Assembly (NCBI GenBank): GCA_002793855.1
Contig: PFET01000009.1
Span: 87,749 to 149,007, forward strand
Origin: Candidatus Uhrbacteria bacterium CG10_big_fil_rev_8_21_14_0_10_48_11
GTDB lineage: Bacteria > Patescibacteriota > Patescibacteriia > GWA2-46-9
Direction: 5' to 3'
DNA: 61,259 bases
The notes beneath the pieces were generated by a model. The model searched no databases and was not told the origin of the DNA. It worked only from the letters and a program-made list of their open reading frames with translations. Within the stretch, counting starts at the first letter, position 1. Each line of letters opens with the position of its first letter. A program made the translations under genes and the position numbers. Shown in pieces: positions 59,280-61,259 of this stretch.

Positions 59280-59438
59280 CCAAAGGCCGATCCACCTCTG
59301 GCGGAAACTCCACGATGCCCTCTCTTTTGTATAGCAAAAAACCTGCCTCCGCCATCCGCCAACTGGCGGAGGCGGATCAGGCAGGTTTTTTGCTGCAGGG
59401 CATCGTGGAGTTTCCGCCAGAGGTGGATCGGCCTTTGG
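59280..59438. repeat. 159-bp nested inverted repeat containing REP-like TCCGCC-N3/4-GGCGGA units
   Basis: Perfect 42-bp outer arms (59280-59321 and 59397-59438), 16-bp inner arms (59333-59348 and 59379-59394) and a central nested palindrome. Confidence 0.9.
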
Positions 59439-59517
59439 AGGACAGTACTTCCACTGCGGGGAACCTACCGGTTCCCCGACCCCTTCCCCAGGTTCGATTC
59501 CACTTTCAACCATATCA

Positions 59518-59552
59518 GAAAAATCCGTCCACCAATCGGTGACGGATTTTTC
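59518..59552 (-). terminator. Terminator after tRNA-Trp
   Basis: GAAAAATCCGTC(C)ACC / AATC / GGTGACGGATTTTTC, abutting the tRNA CCA. Confidence 0.8.
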
Positions 59553-59626
59553 TGGCAGGGGCGGTAGGAATCGAACCTACGACTTAGGTTTTGGAGACCC
59601 GCATGATACCACTTCACCACGCCCCC
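59553..59626 (-). tRNA. tRNA-Trp (anticodon CCA), CCA encoded, 4-bp anticodon stem
   Basis: GGGGGCG/CGCCCCT acceptor stem (G1-U72), G73, anticodon arm CGGGT-CTCCAAA-ACCTA with a C27-A43 mismatch, and T-arm GTAGG-TTCGATT-CCTAC. Confidence 0.96.
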
Positions 59627-59629
59627 ATG

Positions 59630-59685
59630 CGTTGGCTTATTGCAAATAGCTAATAGCATATAGCCAGCAGCTAGTCGCAAATAGT
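59630..59685. repeat. Degenerate heptamer array downstream of the four-helix-bundle gene
   Basis: cgttggc ttattgc aaatagc taatagc atatagc cagcagc tagtcgc aaatagt, with GC at a 7-nt period. Confidence 0.7.
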
Positions 59686-59689
59686 AAGG

Positions 59690-60037
59690 CTAGGAAACGC
59701 TCAAGGCGTTCTTGAACGCGCGCACTCTTTTGATTAACAGCTCCGCTTCGTTGTAGAGCTGCTGTTGCTCATTGGCGCTAATGTAGTTTAATTCTTTTGC
59801 CAAATGAATGCTACTCACGGTTTCTAGGGCTGACTTCATGATGTCTAGATACTTTGCAAACTCTTTGTCGCTTCCACCAGAACCTTCTGCAATATTATTA
59901 GAAACCGACACTGCTCTGCGAAGCTGATCGCCAAGTGCATACCTTTCAGTTTAAGGAAACGACAACGTTACTCGATAAACCTTCTTTGCGTAAACAATAG
60001 CCGATTTCCAAATTTCTAACTCCTCAAACCTAAACGT
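59690..60037 (-). pseudogene. Four helix bundle protein (23S rRNA IVS-protein family) pseudogene
   Basis: FRFEELEIWKSAIVYAKKVYRVTLSFP*TERYALGDQLRRAVSVSNNIAEG. TAA is at 59951-59953, and the likely start position reads ACG. Confidence 0.85.
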
Positions 60038-60040
60038 CCC

Positions 60041-60068
60041 CTCCGACGTGCGACAAGCGCCTTGCGAC
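60041..60068. repeat. Degenerate heptamer array upstream of the four-helix-bundle gene
   Basis: ctccgac gtgcgac aagcgcc ttgcgac. Confidence 0.6.
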
Positions 60069-60071
60069 GTA

Positions 60072-60227
60072 CTATTTCGTCTCCTTGTGCAAGGTGTGTT
60101 TGCCGCACCAAGCGCAGTGCTTCTTGATTTCGAGACGATCTTTGAGCTTCTTCTTATTCTTGAAGCTGTGATAGTTTATGCGATTGCAGCTTGTGCACTG
60201 CAATTTGATGAGATTGTCTTGGGACAT
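60072..60227 (-). CDS. rpmG: 50S ribosomal protein L33 (Zn-ribbon type)
   Basis: Manual translation [51 protein letters not shown], with two CxxC motifs. It is below the track length cut-off. Confidence 0.95.
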   Translation of the reverse strand: MSQDNLIKLQCTSCNRINYHSFKNKKKLKDRLEIKKHCAWCGKHTLHKETK

Positions 60228-60258
60228 ACAAAATTAATTGAATACAGTTAGTCAAAGC

Positions 60259-60287
60259 AGTATGCTAGAAAAAACGAAACCTGTCAA
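60259..60287 (-). promoter_or_regulatory. Sigma70 promoter of the rpmG-tRNA-Trp unit
   Basis: TTGACA (60282-60287), a 17-nt spacer and CATACT (60259-60264). Confidence 0.7.
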
Positions 60288-60300
60288 CTGCGCGAAAGAA

Positions 60301-61191
60301 CTAAGGACAGGCGACGTCCCTTTGTTTAAGATTACGTTTAGCTTCCATGACAACAATTTGTTTAGAATCCTCTCGTAAAGCGCACAGAATGTCTGCCGGA
60401 AGGTTCGGATTAAATGTAAGGTTACTGCGAACTATTTCGTCTTCGCTCTTACTCAGTACAAGCAAGATATCTATGGGTGTGCTCGGATTTACGGCAAGAT
60501 CATAGGCAACATACCCATCGCCATTTTGATTAGTACTATTATGTTCATACAGTAACCGCAGTGACTCCATGGGTGTTTGAGGGTTGCGCGCAACATTATG
60601 AAGAATTCTCAAACGATTATCCTTAGCGAGATCACCCAAAATATCACTTAGAGTATTTTCGTTAGCCGCAACTGCGGAGAGGAGGACGCTATCGTAACCT
60701 GATAACGGAGAATGATAAAGTTTTACTATCTCGTCAGGACGCGTTGCGGCGCGAACTCGCTCGATGTTCGTAAAACGGTAGCATTCGACAACACCAACTA
60801 CAACAAACAAAGTGAGGATAACAAGTGTGATCATCTTCAAACGAGTAGGATGATCATCGATGTTTCCGTTGAACCACGTTCTTGTTAACAGCAACGTGGC
60901 GATCGCCCATTCAACCACATAAGCAAATAGCGCGAGTGGCAGACCAGACAAGGGAATATTTACTATGCCAAGAATTCTTGTTGAGTTCGTTGAAACAAGA
61001 ATTAAATAAACGGTGTAAAATGCAAAGGATAGGAAAACAAGAGCGGCAAAAATAATGGCAGTGTTGTGAACTTTCTTTCGAATTGTCGTCTCTCGCTTAC
61101 GGTAGATGACAACGCCGACCAGAGAGCCAAACACAACAGCTGGCAGGATGAAGTATCCGAGAACAAATGGGTTAAAAAAAGAAAAAAGCAT
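60301..61191 (-). CDS. Membrane protein with C-terminal HEAT/LRV-like helical repeats
   Basis: Four TM segments followed by repeats of the form (V/L)A-x-N-x-x-TP-x-x-x-L-x-x-L. Confidence 0.7.
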   Translation of the reverse strand: MLFSFFNPFVLGYFILPAVVFGSLVGVVIYRKRETTIRKKVHNTAIIFAALVFLSFAFYTVYLILVSTNSTRILGIVNIPLSGLPLALFAYVVEWAIATLLLTRTWFNGNIDDHPTRLKMITLVILTLFVVVGVVECYRFTNIERVRAATRPDEIVKLYHSPLSGYDSVLLSAVAANENTLSDILGDLAKDNRLRILHNVARNPQTPMESLRLLYEHNSTNQNGDGYVAYDLAVNPSTPIDILLVLSKSEDEIVRSNLTFNPNLPADILCALREDSKQIVVMEAKRNLKQRDVACP

Positions 61192-61259
61192 GTTCGGCAA
61201 AGAAATTATTTTCTGGAGTGTCTTTACGACTTCACTCGAACCTATTTTATCAAAAATTC

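Noticed and set aside
59441-59512. Additional intact tRNA or tmRNA on the plus strand
   Set aside because: There is a T-loop-like 11-mer and a CCA, but the T-stem does not pair, the spacing to CCA is 3 nt short and there is no acceptor stem.
59553-59626. U11-A24 as a Hirsh-suppressor hallmark
   Set aside because: A24 is normal in many bacterial tRNA-Trp genes and is not informative alone.
46096-59953. TAA recoding suggested by four in-frame TAA codons
   Set aside because: TAA is a common normal stop here, the expected residues differ (E, Q, K), and most occur with other lesions.
59690-60037. Four-helix bundle as Avd of a diversity-generating retroelement
   Set aside because: There is no reverse transcriptase and no TR/VR pair with adenine-specific mismatches in the window.

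Overview
The window most likely comes from a Patescibacteria (CPR, Parcubacteria-like) chromosome. This is an inference from the CPR-type surface-protein N-terminus, the ECF sigma plus DUF5667-like pair, frequent leaderless starts and many orphan membrane proteins. The genetic code is 11, since TGA is a real stop in several ATGA overlaps. Most genes are on the minus strand. 1-30 kb is a cell-surface block: rmlC/rmlB, a 2238-aa adhesin-like protein, a CAP protein, HIT, two GT-C-like membrane proteins, GT4/GT2/GtrA/SDR glycan genes, an S8 protease, a TPR protein and a ~1460-aa S-layer-like protein. 30-34 kb has an ECF sigma with an apparent CTG start and an ECF-type promoter, its anti-sigma-like partner and a catalytically degenerate HtrA-like protein. 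34.4-37.4 kb is the most unusual part: a translationally coupled array of small membrane-peptide ORFs, followed by three copies of a 32-bp palindrome that bracket another membrane peptide and a winged-HTH gene. 37-53 kb holds rarA, tRNA-Pro(CGG), pyrD, an SPFH protein, a MacAB-like system with a nonsense codon in the ATPase, DoxX, EamA and a P1B ATPase. 50-58 kb is a decay zone of pseudogenes and deletion junctions. 58-61 kb has a GT9-like gene with an in-frame TGA, a nested inverted repeat, a tRNA-Trp(CCA) with a 4-bp anticodon stem, a heptamer-flanked four-helix-bundle pseudogene and rpmG. No CRISPR array, rRNA, transposase, integrase or reverse transcriptase was seen. All family assignments come from motif recognition, not database searches.
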